A DNA stretch of 10,824 bases from Candidatus Sumerlaeia bacterium (GTDB taxonomy: Bacteria; Sumerlaeota; Sumerlaeia; SLMS01). Of this stretch, positions 1 through 8,322 are shown piece by piece. Positions within the stretch are counted from its first letter, which is position 1, and each line of letters begins with the position of its first letter. Below the pieces are notes generated by a model. The model saw nothing but the letters and a program-made list of their open reading frames with translations, made no database searches and was not told the origin of the DNA. The translations under genes were made by a program, and so were the position numbers. The stretch covers positions 1 to 10,824 of the forward strand of contig JBBQYG010000143.1 of NCBI GenBank assembly GCA_038208905.1. The letters are read 5' to 3'.

Positions 1-946
1 CGTAGCTCGCGCGGACCGCCTCCTGCAATGCCAGCATCCGCCGTGCCGGGCGCAGGATGATGTGGTTGGGCTCGGGCTGGGCGAGGACGGGCACCCATGT
101 GGATCGCGCGCCCAGGTGACGCGCCAGCGCCTCGGCCATCATGCGCGTGCCGTTGACCTTCCCCTCGTGGGAATATCCGGCGATGTGGGGCGTCGATAGC
201 AGGGCAAACCGGCACATGTCGCGATTGGGGCGCGGCTCGTTCTCGAAAACGTCGAGGAGGAAGACCGAGGCGTCGCTCCGCGCATAGGCCAGCGCCGCCG
301 CGTTGTCCAGCACCGCCCCGCGGGAGGAATTCAGGAACGCCGCACGCGGTCGGAGCAGGTCCAACTGGTCCCACGAAATCATGTGGTGCGTGGCGTCGGG
401 ACCATCGCGGGTGTAGGGAACGTGAAAGGTGACGGCGTCGCTCTCGGAGAGGACTTCCTCCAGCGAAAGCGCCTCCGGCAGCTTTCCCTCGCGGTGAAGC
501 GGCGGATCGCAGACGCGAACCTTCATCCCCAGCGACCGCGCCACGACCGCCAGCCGCGACCCGATGTTCCCGTGGCCGACGATGCCGAGCGCGATGTCGT
601 CCAGGTCGGCGCGCTGGGCGAGGCAGTATTCGATCAGCCCGGCCATGACCCACTCCACCACGGAGCGGGCGTTGCATCCGGCGGCGCTCTCCCAAGGGAT
701 GCCGAGCGCGGCCAGCCCTGGGATGTCCAGATGGTCGGTGCCAATGGTGGCCGTCCCCGCGAAGCGGACAGGGGTGCCCTCCAGCAGTTCACGCGTGACG
801 CGCGTGACCGACCGCACAATGAGTGCGTCGGCGCCCGCGAGGTCGGCGCGCGCAATGGCGCGCCCCGGCAGCAGGCGCACCTCGCCGAAGGGCGAGAAGG
901 CCTCCTGAGCCAGGGGGATGTTGGCGTCCGCGACGATCAGGGGCAT
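1..946 (-). CDS. pdxB: 4-phosphoerythronate dehydrogenase (D-2-hydroxyacid dehydrogenase family), 3' end outside the window
   Basis: Not in the ORF track because no stop lies in the window. Hand translation from ATG at 946 gives MPLIVADANIPLAQEAFSPFGEVRLLPGRAI...ADALIVRSVTRVTRELLEGTPVRFAGTATIGTDHLD...AAGCNARSVVEWV...GIVGHGNIGSRL...CDPP...TFHVP...NSSRGAVLDN...LDVFENEP...TPHIAGYSHEGKVNGT. These match PdxB hallmarks (VRSVT, TATIGTDH, GCNA, Rossmann GxGxxG, R/E/H catalytic residues). Confidence 0.93.
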   Translation of the reverse strand, partial: MPLIVADANIPLAQEAFSPFGEVRLLPGRAIARADLAGADALIVRSVTRVTRELLEGTPVRFAGTATIGTDHLDIPGLAALGIPWESAAGCNARSVVEWVMAGLIEYCLAQRADLDDIALGIVGHGNIGSRLAVVARSLGMKVRVCDPPLHREGKLPEALSLEEVLSESDAVTFHVPYTRDGPDATHHMISWDQLDLLRPRAAFLNSSRGAVLDNAAALAYARSDASVFLLDVFENEPRPNRDMCRFALLSTPHIAGYSHEGKVNGTRMMAEALARHLGARSTWVPVLAQPEPNHIILRPARRMLALQEAVRASY

Positions 947-955
947 CGGGCGGGG

Positions 956-2056
<1,101 letters not shown>

Positions 2057-2103
2057 CGGGGGTGTCCTCCCGGGGCGGATTGGCGGCGAGCGACGATGGC
2101 GGG

Positions 2104-2157
2104 AAGGTGCCGGGGGGCTCGGGGAGGGTCAAGACAAAAGGAGAATAAAAAGCGAAG
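2104..2157 (-). promoter_or_regulatory. Putative recA promoter (TTGACC-N17-CACCTT) with AT-rich upstream tract and candidate direct-repeat operator
   Basis: Minus strand TTGACC at 2132-2127, 17-nt spacer, CACCTT at 2109-2104. Immediately upstream is CTTC-N7-ATTC-N7-GTCT (2157-2132), a T-rich island in GC-rich DNA. Confidence 0.5.
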
Positions 2158-2254
2158 TGGTGCGGGATAGCTCTTGTTTGCGATTTCGGCGGGGGCACCG
2201 AGTTGATCGCAGCGGATTTGACTGCGCGGGCCAAGGCGGCGCCACCCATGTTGC

Positions 2255-4462
2255 TCACCCGCGCGCTTTCCTCGCCTCTGCCACCGTCACGCCACCTCCG
2301 GGGAGGCGGATTTCCGGCTCGGCGATGACGGCGCCGATGCGCTGGGATTCGACGTGGTTGAAGCGATAGAGCGCCTTGGCCATGTCGGCCTCGGCCTCCG
2401 GCGCGATGGAGACGACGACGAGGCCGCCGGGCTCGCCAAAGAGCGCGGTGGCGCCGCCCTCCAGCGCGGAGATGTCGCAGCCGAGCGGCGTCGGCGCGAA
2501 GATCGCGCACTCGGCGGTGGCGACGGCGAGGCCGCCGTCGCTGGCGTCCTGTGCCGAACGCAGCAGGCGGCGGTCGATGAGTTCCAGCAGCAGGTTCTGC
2601 AGGTCCATCATGCGAACGCAGAAGCGCTCGGTGGCGCGGTGGTCGAGCGGCGCGGGAACGCGGCCCTCGCGCATCCACGCGAGGAGGCTCCCCGCGAGCG
2701 AGTGCGGCAGCCGGCCAATGGCATAGATCAGGTCGCCCGCGTGCTTGAAGCCTGGCGTGATCAGGTATTCCGCGGATGGGATCGAGCCGACCATGCCGAT
2801 CGTGGGCGTGGGCCAGATGGGGCCGGAGGGGGACTCGTTGTAGAGCGACACGTTGCCGCCGGTGACGGGAATCGCGAGCCCGCGGGCCATTTGGGCGATG
2901 CCCTCCACGGCGCGCTTGAACTGCCAGAACTGTTCGGGCTTTTCGGGGTTGCCGAAGTTCAGATTGTCCGTCAGGCCGAGTGGTCGCGCGCCTACGCAGA
3001 GCAGGTTCAGCGCCGTCTCCGCCACGGCCATCTCGGCGCCAGCGAAGGGATCGCAGGCCATCTTGAGCGAATCGACGCCGCAGGCAATGCCCAGCAGCTT
3101 GCGCGAGCCATCCACGCGGAGGACCGCCGCGCCCGCTCCGGGGCCAAGGATCGTGTTGGTCTGCACCATCGTGTCATACTGCTCGTGTATCCACGCCTTG
3201 CTGGCGACGTTGGGATGGGCGAGCAATTCCAGCAGCGCGCCGCGCGCGTCGATCTTCGCGGCCCACTCGCCGGGCGTATAGACACCCGTGGCAAAGTCGG
3301 CGGGCTGGCGCGCCTCGCGGTGATAGACGGGGGACTCCTCGCTGATCTTCAGCGCGGGAACCTTGGCCACCACGCCGCCATGATGCGTCACGGTCAACAG
3401 GCCATCGCCCGTCACGCGGCCCACCACGGCGGGGTTGGTGTCCCACTTGTCCAGGATGCGCATGGCCTCGCTCAGGCGCGATTCGGGGATCACGGCCAAC
3501 ATGCGCTCCTGCGACTCGCTCAGCATCATTTCGTATGCGCTCATGTTCAGCGCGCGCTGGGGCACGGCGTCCAGGTCGAGCGTCATACCGAGGCGTCCGC
3601 GGCCGGCGATTTCGCACCCGCTGCACGTCAGCCCCGCGGCGCCCATGTCCTGGATGGCCTCCACGGCGCCGCTCTTGATCAACTCCAGCGTGGCCTCCAG
3701 GATCTTCTTGCCCATGAACGGATCGCCGACCTGCACGGCGCTGCGCTGCTCCATGGTTTCCTCGGTTAATTCCTCGCTGGCAAAGGTGGCGCCGTGAACG
3801 CCGTCGCGCCCGGTGGAATTGCCATAGTACACAACCGCTGCGCCGATGGTCTTCGCTTGGGCGCGGGTCAGCTCCTCCTTGCGCATCACACCCACCGCCA
3901 TCGCGTTCACCAGGCAGTTGGTCGCATACGTTGGCGCAAACGTGACCATCCCGTTGATTGTGGGCACGCCGACGCAGTTGCCGTAATCGGCGATGCCGTG
4001 AACCACGCCATTGATGATGCGGTCCACCGCGGGCTCGCCGGGCATTCCAAAGAAAAGGCAATTCACCAGCGCCACGGGCCGCGCGCCCATCGTGAAGACA
4101 TCGCGCAGGATCCCGCCCACCCCCGTTGCCGCTCCTTGATAGGGCTCCACCGCGCTTGGGTGGTTGTGGGACTCCATCTTGAAGCACACCGCCATGGTAT
4201 CGTCCAGGGCGACGACGCCGGCGTTTTCGCCCGGGCCCTGGAGGACCGACGGCCCCTCCGTCGGGAAGAGCTTCAGCAGCGGCTTGGAGTTCTTGTAGGA
4301 GCAGTGCTCGCTCCACATCACGCTGAAGATCCCCAGCTCCGTGAACGACGGCTCGCGGCCAAGGATCTGAAGGATCAGGGCGTACTCCTCGGGCTTCAGC
4401 CCGTGCTCTGCGACAATGTCGGGGGTGATGGCGGGAACGGTCATTTGGGAGGGCGTGGACAC
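2255..4462 (-). CDS. purL: Phosphoribosylformylglycinamidine synthase subunit PurL (small type, FGAM synthase II)
   Basis: Motifs [107 protein letters not shown]. No fused glutaminase domain. Start is GTG at 4462 or ATG at 4444. Confidence 0.98.
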   Translation of the reverse strand: MSTPSQMTVPAITPDIVAEHGLKPEEYALILQILGREPSFTELGIFSVMWSEHCSYKNSKPLLKLFPTEGPSVLQGPGENAGVVALDDTMAVCFKMESHNHPSAVEPYQGAATGVGGILRDVFTMGARPVALVNCLFFGMPGEPAVDRIINGVVHGIADYGNCVGVPTINGMVTFAPTYATNCLVNAMAVGVMRKEELTRAQAKTIGAAVVYYGNSTGRDGVHGATFASEELTEETMEQRSAVQVGDPFMGKKILEATLELIKSGAVEAIQDMGAAGLTCSGCEIAGRGRLGMTLDLDAVPQRALNMSAYEMMLSESQERMLAVIPESRLSEAMRILDKWDTNPAVVGRVTGDGLLTVTHHGGVVAKVPALKISEESPVYHREARQPADFATGVYTPGEWAAKIDARGALLELLAHPNVASKAWIHEQYDTMVQTNTILGPGAGAAVLRVDGSRKLLGIACGVDSLKMACDPFAGAEMAVAETALNLLCVGARPLGLTDNLNFGNPEKPEQFWQFKRAVEGIAQMARGLAIPVTGGNVSLYNESPSGPIWPTPTIGMVGSIPSAEYLITPGFKHAGDLIYAIGRLPHSLAGSLLAWMREGRVPAPLDHRATERFCVRMMDLQNLLLELIDRRLLRSAQDASDGGLAVATAECAIFAPTPLGCDISALEGGATALFGEPGGLVVVSIAPEAEADMAKALYRFNHVESQRIGAVIAEPEIRLPGGGVTVAEARKARG

Positions 4463-4533
4463 ACCAGCGTGGATTCGGCACGGGCCACCGCCAAGCGTGG
4501 TGCCGGGGGAGGCGGGGCGAAAGGGGATTTCAA

Positions 4534-4645
4534 GGGATCCTGGAATCGCCCCCGCGGCGGCAGCACAGCGGCACCGACCCGATTGACCAGATGGACGTCA
4601 TGGACGTCCATCTGGTCCATGTCGTCCATCGAGTTCCAGGATCCC
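4534..4645. repeat. Nested inverted-repeat element (12-bp outer IR enclosing a 9-nt-periodic ATGGAC x3 / GTCCAT x3 palindromic array)
   Basis: GGGATCCTGGAA (4534-4545) and TTCCAGGATCCC (4634-4645) form a perfect IR. Inner perfect 15-bp stem GACCAGATGGACGTC (4585-4599) / GACGTCCATCTGGTC (4603-4617). Confidence 0.85.
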
Positions 4646-4654
4646 CAAAACGGC

Positions 4655-6106
4655 CTAGTTCGACGCCCCGCGCAGGCTGCCGTCGGCGTTGATCATGTCG
4701 TAGGGGGTGATGTCGTAGTCGGTGACGACGACGTTGGCGCCGCGGGTGATGGTCTTGGGCTCGTTGCCGGGGCGAAATAGCTCGTACTGCACGCCGCCCA
4801 CGACGACGACCTTCCCCTCGAAGCGGCGCTGCCAGTCCTCCATATAGTCCGCCACCAGGTTGCGTTGCTCATCGCGCCACTGGGCATAGGCGGCTCGGCG
4901 GCCGGTGGCGGCTTCCTTGTTGGCGGAAAGTATGGTCTCCAGGGTTGGGTCCTCGTCCACCGTGGAGGCCGCGCCGGAAGTCATGTCCAAGTCTCCGCCG
5001 CGCTCCTTGAGCTGGCGGAACATTTCGGCGATGAACTCGGTCTGCTCCTCCTCCACATCGCGGAGCTGATTGAAGACGGAGAGATAGATGTTCCGGGCCA
5101 TCTCGTCGATTTGCTCCGGCGTGATAACGGGGCGCCCCTGGGTTCCCTGATTGGTGTCGGGAAGGGGGAGGAAGTCGGCGGCCTGATCGTCGAGCGAGCG
5201 GTTTTCGTTTTCAAGGATCGGTGGCGCGGTGGGCCGGGGGCGCGTGCCTGCGCCTTCCCGCCCTTCTTCGCCCGCGAATGCATCCGCTCCGCCTGTCTCG
5301 GCCGCGGCCAAATCCTCCGCCGTCGGATCGCCGGGCCACTTGATCTGTCCCACGGCGCTGAAGTCGCTGACGCCGCTGACCTTGAGGAGGTTGTCGCAGT
5401 AAACGGCCCAGAGTTCGAGCTGGTTGGCATAGGACATCCAGCGCGCCCATTCGTCCACGCTTCCCGCGCCGGGAACGTAGCCCGGCAATTGGCCCGCGTT
5501 GGCGAGGGTGATGTAGTACTGCTTCATGCGCTCGTCCAGGGCCTCGCCCTCTTCCATCGTGAACTTCTTGCGGCCGACGATCAACTCGTTCTGGTCGTTG
5601 AGGCGGGCGACGAAGCGGAAGGTATAGAGCTGGGCGACGCCGCGGCCCGTGCCACCCTCCGCGGTGGCGGGGCGGGGCGCTCCGCCGAATCCAAGCCCGC
5701 CGAAAAGGTTGGACGCCGTTGCAGCCACGTTGCCGAAGGGATTGGCGGCGGTCACGGTGGCTGGCGCGCCGGTGCCGGTGGGCGCGGCGCCGAACGGATT
5801 CGTTGCTCCCGCGGAGGCGCCTCCGAAGGGATTGGCGTCGGTACCGGCGGGCGGCGGCGTGGACGGCGCCGATCCCGCATCAAAGGGATTCGCGCCAAAG
5901 TCCGGTTGAAAAGTGGCGTCGCCGCCGGGGCCGGCGGGCGCCGCCGCTGTTCCCGTGTCGAAGGGATTCGCCGCCGCGCTGGCCGACGCCGCGTCACCGC
6001 CCGTCGCGGGTGCAGCGAAGGGGTTCCCCTCCTGGGCAACCGCCACCGAGACGAGCGATGCAGCCAGAATCGAGAGGATCAACGGGCGAATGGTCGTGTG
6101 ACGCAT
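4655..6106 (-). CDS. Secreted hypothetical protein with N-terminal Ala/Gly/Pro-rich NPF-repeat region and helical C-terminal domain(s)
   Basis: 483-aa ORF with Sec-type signal peptide MRHTTIRPLILSILAASLVSVAVA|QE, six NPF plus one NLF motif, then protein-like aromatic/helical segments. Codon pattern matches the neighbouring genes. No family recognised. Confidence 0.85.
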   Translation of the reverse strand: MRHTTIRPLILSILAASLVSVAVAQEGNPFAAPATGGDAASASAAANPFDTGTAAAPAGPGGDATFQPDFGANPFDAGSAPSTPPPAGTDANPFGGASAGATNPFGAAPTGTGAPATVTAANPFGNVAATASNLFGGLGFGGAPRPATAEGGTGRGVAQLYTFRFVARLNDQNELIVGRKKFTMEEGEALDERMKQYYITLANAGQLPGYVPGAGSVDEWARWMSYANQLELWAVYCDNLLKVSGVSDFSAVGQIKWPGDPTAEDLAAAETGGADAFAGEEGREGAGTRPRPTAPPILENENRSLDDQAADFLPLPDTNQGTQGRPVITPEQIDEMARNIYLSVFNQLRDVEEEQTEFIAEMFRQLKERGGDLDMTSGAASTVDEDPTLETILSANKEAATGRRAAYAQWRDEQRNLVADYMEDWQRRFEGKVVVVGGVQYELFRPGNEPKTITRGANVVVTDYDITPYDMINADGSLRGASN

Positions 6107-6126
6107 GGAAAAACCCCTGTGTAATC

Positions 6127-6151
6127 TACGCCCAGAATTGCCGGGCGTTCC
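6127..6151 (-). promoter_or_regulatory. Candidate ECF-sigma-type promoter (GGAAC-N16-CGTA) for the NPF-repeat gene
   Basis: Minus strand GGAAC (6151-6147), 16 nt, CGTA (6130-6127), ending 20 nt before the ATG. It overlaps the palindrome ACGCCC-N9-GGGCGT. Confidence 0.3.
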
Positions 6152-6201
6152 GGGTCAGTGCAACAGGAATAGGACAGCCAACACCCTGCTGCTGTTCCGT
6201 G

Positions 6202-7071
6202 CTAGGCGTCCTTCTTGGCCTTGGGCGCAAACATATACCCGCCCGGGGCGGCGGGGGGCCCCGTGTCGGACTGTTTGGGGGGCGGAGCGGGGGGTGCCAT
6301 CGGGGGCGTCGTCGAGGGGAGGTCTCCGAAGGGGAATTTGCCCCCCTGGAGCTGTGTGCTCTCCTCGTTGATCGATGCTTGCTCTTCGGCGCCGAGACCC
6401 ACCGGCGTCATGGCAACCTTCTGGATGGGGCCGGAATGGCCGCCCTCGGGAGTGATCCCAAGTGCGGGCCAGGATGTTGCTTCGCCCCCGGCGGAACCGA
6501 TCTTCGGCACTCCCACTCGGGAGGCGTGTGGGAGCTCGGCGGAGGATACATGACGGATACCCACCTTCTTGCAGAATGCCGGAACCCCGTTCTTGGTAAC
6601 CCACGTCGCCAGCAGCGCCAGGTCGGCGCCCTCGCGACCGCGCGAAGTCAAATCGAGCTTACCCACCAGCCGCTTGGTGCCGCCCGGCATCAGCGATTGC
6701 GTCAGCATATAGGAACACACGGCGGGGCCGAACTCGGAGAAGATCGCCTCGATGCGGGCGATCTGCTCGGCCCGCATGTTGTACATGGCGTCGTTGACCT
6801 CGTTCTGCACGAGGCCACCCTTCTGGGAATCGGTGGGCCCGGGAGAGGGCCCCGCGCCGGCGTAGTAGTTCTGCATCCCCAGCCCGGCGATTCCCGAGCT
6901 GGATTTGGTCCCGTCCTGAGACGACTCCAGCCCACCGAACTTCACGGGCGGAGGTGCCTTGGGGGCCGCTGGGGGTCCATCAATATCCAAGACGCCGTCC
7001 TCTCGGCGAGAGGACGAATCGGATTCCCCTGCGGAATCCTTAAGCTTTCCCAGCAACTTTCGTAAGTCCAT
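6202..7071 (-). CDS. Hypothetical cytoplasmic protein (~289 aa): Pro/Gly/Ser-rich termini around a small helical core
   Basis: 3' part of the 6202..7437 ORF. Preferred start is ATG at 7071 (MDLRKLLGKLKD), preceded by purine-rich GGGTGGGAAG. The upstream extension crosses a REP-like repeat and looks non-coding. Core: EVNDAMYNMRAEQIARIEAIFSEFGPAVCSYML...DLALLATWVTKNGVPAFCKKVGI. Confidence 0.7.
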   Translation of the reverse strand: MDLRKLLGKLKDSAGESDSSSRREDGVLDIDGPPAAPKAPPPVKFGGLESSQDGTKSSSGIAGLGMQNYYAGAGPSPGPTDSQKGGLVQNEVNDAMYNMRAEQIARIEAIFSEFGPAVCSYMLTQSLMPGGTKRLVGKLDLTSRGREGADLALLATWVTKNGVPAFCKKVGIRHVSSAELPHASRVGVPKIGSAGGEATSWPALGITPEGGHSGPIQKVAMTPVGLGAEEQASINEESTQLQGGKFPFGDLPSTTPPMAPPAPPPKQSDTGPPAAPGGYMFAPKAKKDA

Positions 7072-7256
7072 GCCACTTCCCACCCTTTGGATGACTGACT
7101 CGGAGGGGAAAGGCCCAAAGCACTCGAACCCAAACAACGCACAACCCGAAACCAGCATGGCCCGCGCGCCGCTCCTGTCGAGGGAAAAATGGGGGCTGGC
7201 GCGCCGCCGCCGGGAGCCTCCAAGTTTCCAAATCGCTGAAAGTCTTGTCGCGTTCC

Positions 7257-7328
7257 AAGGTGGCGTGGGCGTCCTCGCCCGCGCTCCCGTCGCCCCACAC
7301 CCGCGGGCAAGATGCCCACGCAACCCTT
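7257..7328. repeat. Inverted pair of REP-like palindromic units (REPIN/BIME-like doublet)
   Basis: AAGGTGGCGTGGGCGTCCTCGCCCGCG (7257-7283) and CGCGGGCAAGATGCCCACGCAACCCTT (7302-7328) are imperfect reverse complements with an 18-nt spacer. Each unit is a GTGG-like tetramer plus an internal hairpin. Confidence 0.8.
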
Positions 7329-7418
7329 TTACGGTCTCCCCGATAGCCACACCACTTTTGAGAGCCATATAGGAAGTCGCACTCCCCCTTGGCTCACACG
7401 TCAAGCGCCACAACCCCA

Positions 7419-7447
7419 TTGTCCCCCCGTGGGCCACCCTTCATTGT
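7419..7447 (+). promoter_or_regulatory. Putative promoter of the M55 peptidase gene (TTGTCC-N17-CATTGT)
   Basis: TTGTCC at 7419-7424, 17-nt spacer, CATTGT at 7442-7447, about 36 nt before the ATG. Confidence 0.35.
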
Positions 7448-7483
7448 GACCCCCGCCGTCACTTCACCAGCCGGGGGGCTCCG

Positions 7484-8320
7484 ATGCCGATGCGGGTTTT
7501 GATCATGGCCGATATGGAGGGGGTCAGCGGGATCGTCCATTGGGATCAGGTGACCAATGGCGCCCCGATGTACCAAGAGGGACGGCGTCTCTACACCGAG
7601 GAGATCAACGCCGCCGTCCGCGGTGCGCGGGCGGGCGGGGCGACGGAGATCGTGGTGGTCGATTCCCACGGCGCCGGCGCGGCGGGAACGATGGGCGGGC
7701 CGGCGTTCAACTCGATCATTCCGGAGCTGATCGATCCCGACTGCGAGTTCGTGACGCACCACGGGTGGGCCAACTACACGGAGATGCTGGAGCAGGGGTG
7801 CGACGCGTGCTTCTTTGTGGGCATTCACGCGCGGGGAGGGACGCCGGGCGGTGTCCTGAGCCACACCATCGCCTCGGGCCATTGGCTGGAGATCCGCATC
7901 AACGACGTTGTGGTGGGGGAGATCGGGGTGGTGGCGGCGCTGTGTGGGGCGCATGGCGTGCCGATGGTTCTGGTTACGGGGGACGACAAGGCTTGTGACG
8001 AGGCCAAGGCGCTGCTGGGGCCGGAACTGCGCACTGTTGCGGTGAAGAAGGGCCTCTCGCGTTTCTCCGCGCGGCACATCCCGCCCGTCCGCGCGCGGGC
8101 AATGATCGAGAAGGCCGCCCGCGCGGCGCTGCTGGAGAAGTCCGCCGCGAAGATCTACACCCCAAGGGGCCCCGTCACGGTGAGTATGGACATCGTGACC
8201 GCCGACCTGATGGATCCGTATCGCCGGATTGCCGGGATCGAGCTTGTGGAGCCGCGCACGGTGATTTCCCGCGGGGCGGACTTTATGGAGGCTTGGCGGC
8301 GCGTGGCGCCGTACAAGTAG
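7484..8320 (+). CDS. dppA: M55 family D-aminopeptidase (DppA-like zinc metallopeptidase)
   Basis: Zinc-ligand motifs ADMEGVSG (DxE), DSHG, GIHAR, LSHT, GE, plus VTGDD and AVK. Start is ATG 7484 or ATG 7490; the latter aligns with the usual MKIxISADMEG start. Confidence 0.92.
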   Translation: MPMRVLIMADMEGVSGIVHWDQVTNGAPMYQEGRRLYTEEINAAVRGARAGGATEIVVVDSHGAGAAGTMGGPAFNSIIPELIDPDCEFVTHHGWANYTEMLEQGCDACFFVGIHARGGTPGGVLSHTIASGHWLEIRINDVVVGEIGVVAALCGAHGVPMVLVTGDDKACDEAKALLGPELRTVAVKKGLSRFSARHIPPVRARAMIEKAARAALLEKSAAKIYTPRGPVTVSMDIVTADLMDPYRRIAGIELVEPRTVISRGADFMEAWRRVAPYK

Positions 8321-8322
8321 TC

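Noticed and set aside
2179..2211. Imperfect hairpin TGCGAT...ATCGCA downstream of purL as a terminator
   Set aside because: Interrupted stem with no U-tract in the purL direction; insufficient support.
3174..4481. 435-aa Arg/Gly-rich alternative-frame ORF over purL (also 2034-2678 and 8357-9328)
   Set aside because: Off-frame read of GC-rich coding sequence with a composition typical of spurious frames.
4441..4629. 62-aa [20 protein letters not shown]... as a purL leader peptide
   Set aside because: The MDx/VHx pattern is simply the translation of the 9-nt DNA palindromic array, and there is no SD.
4582..4629. Possible mini-CRISPR
   Set aside because: Units are 6 nt with 3-nt spacers and switch orientation; there is no repeat-spacer architecture and no cas gene.
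7021..7039. GGATTCC-N5-GGAATCC hairpin
   Set aside because: Short, lies within a CDS, and is plausible by chance.
7327..7376. Purine-riboswitch-like words on the minus strand (TTCCTATA...CTATC...CCGTAAA)
   Set aside because: The P2 and P3 stems cannot be formed: no complement of GGGGAGA follows CCGTAAA. The region is also not upstream of a purine gene.
7072..7437. N-terminal 122-aa extension of the 411-aa ORF
   Set aside because: It runs through the REP doublet and divergent promoter region and is not protein-like; ATG 7071 is the better start.
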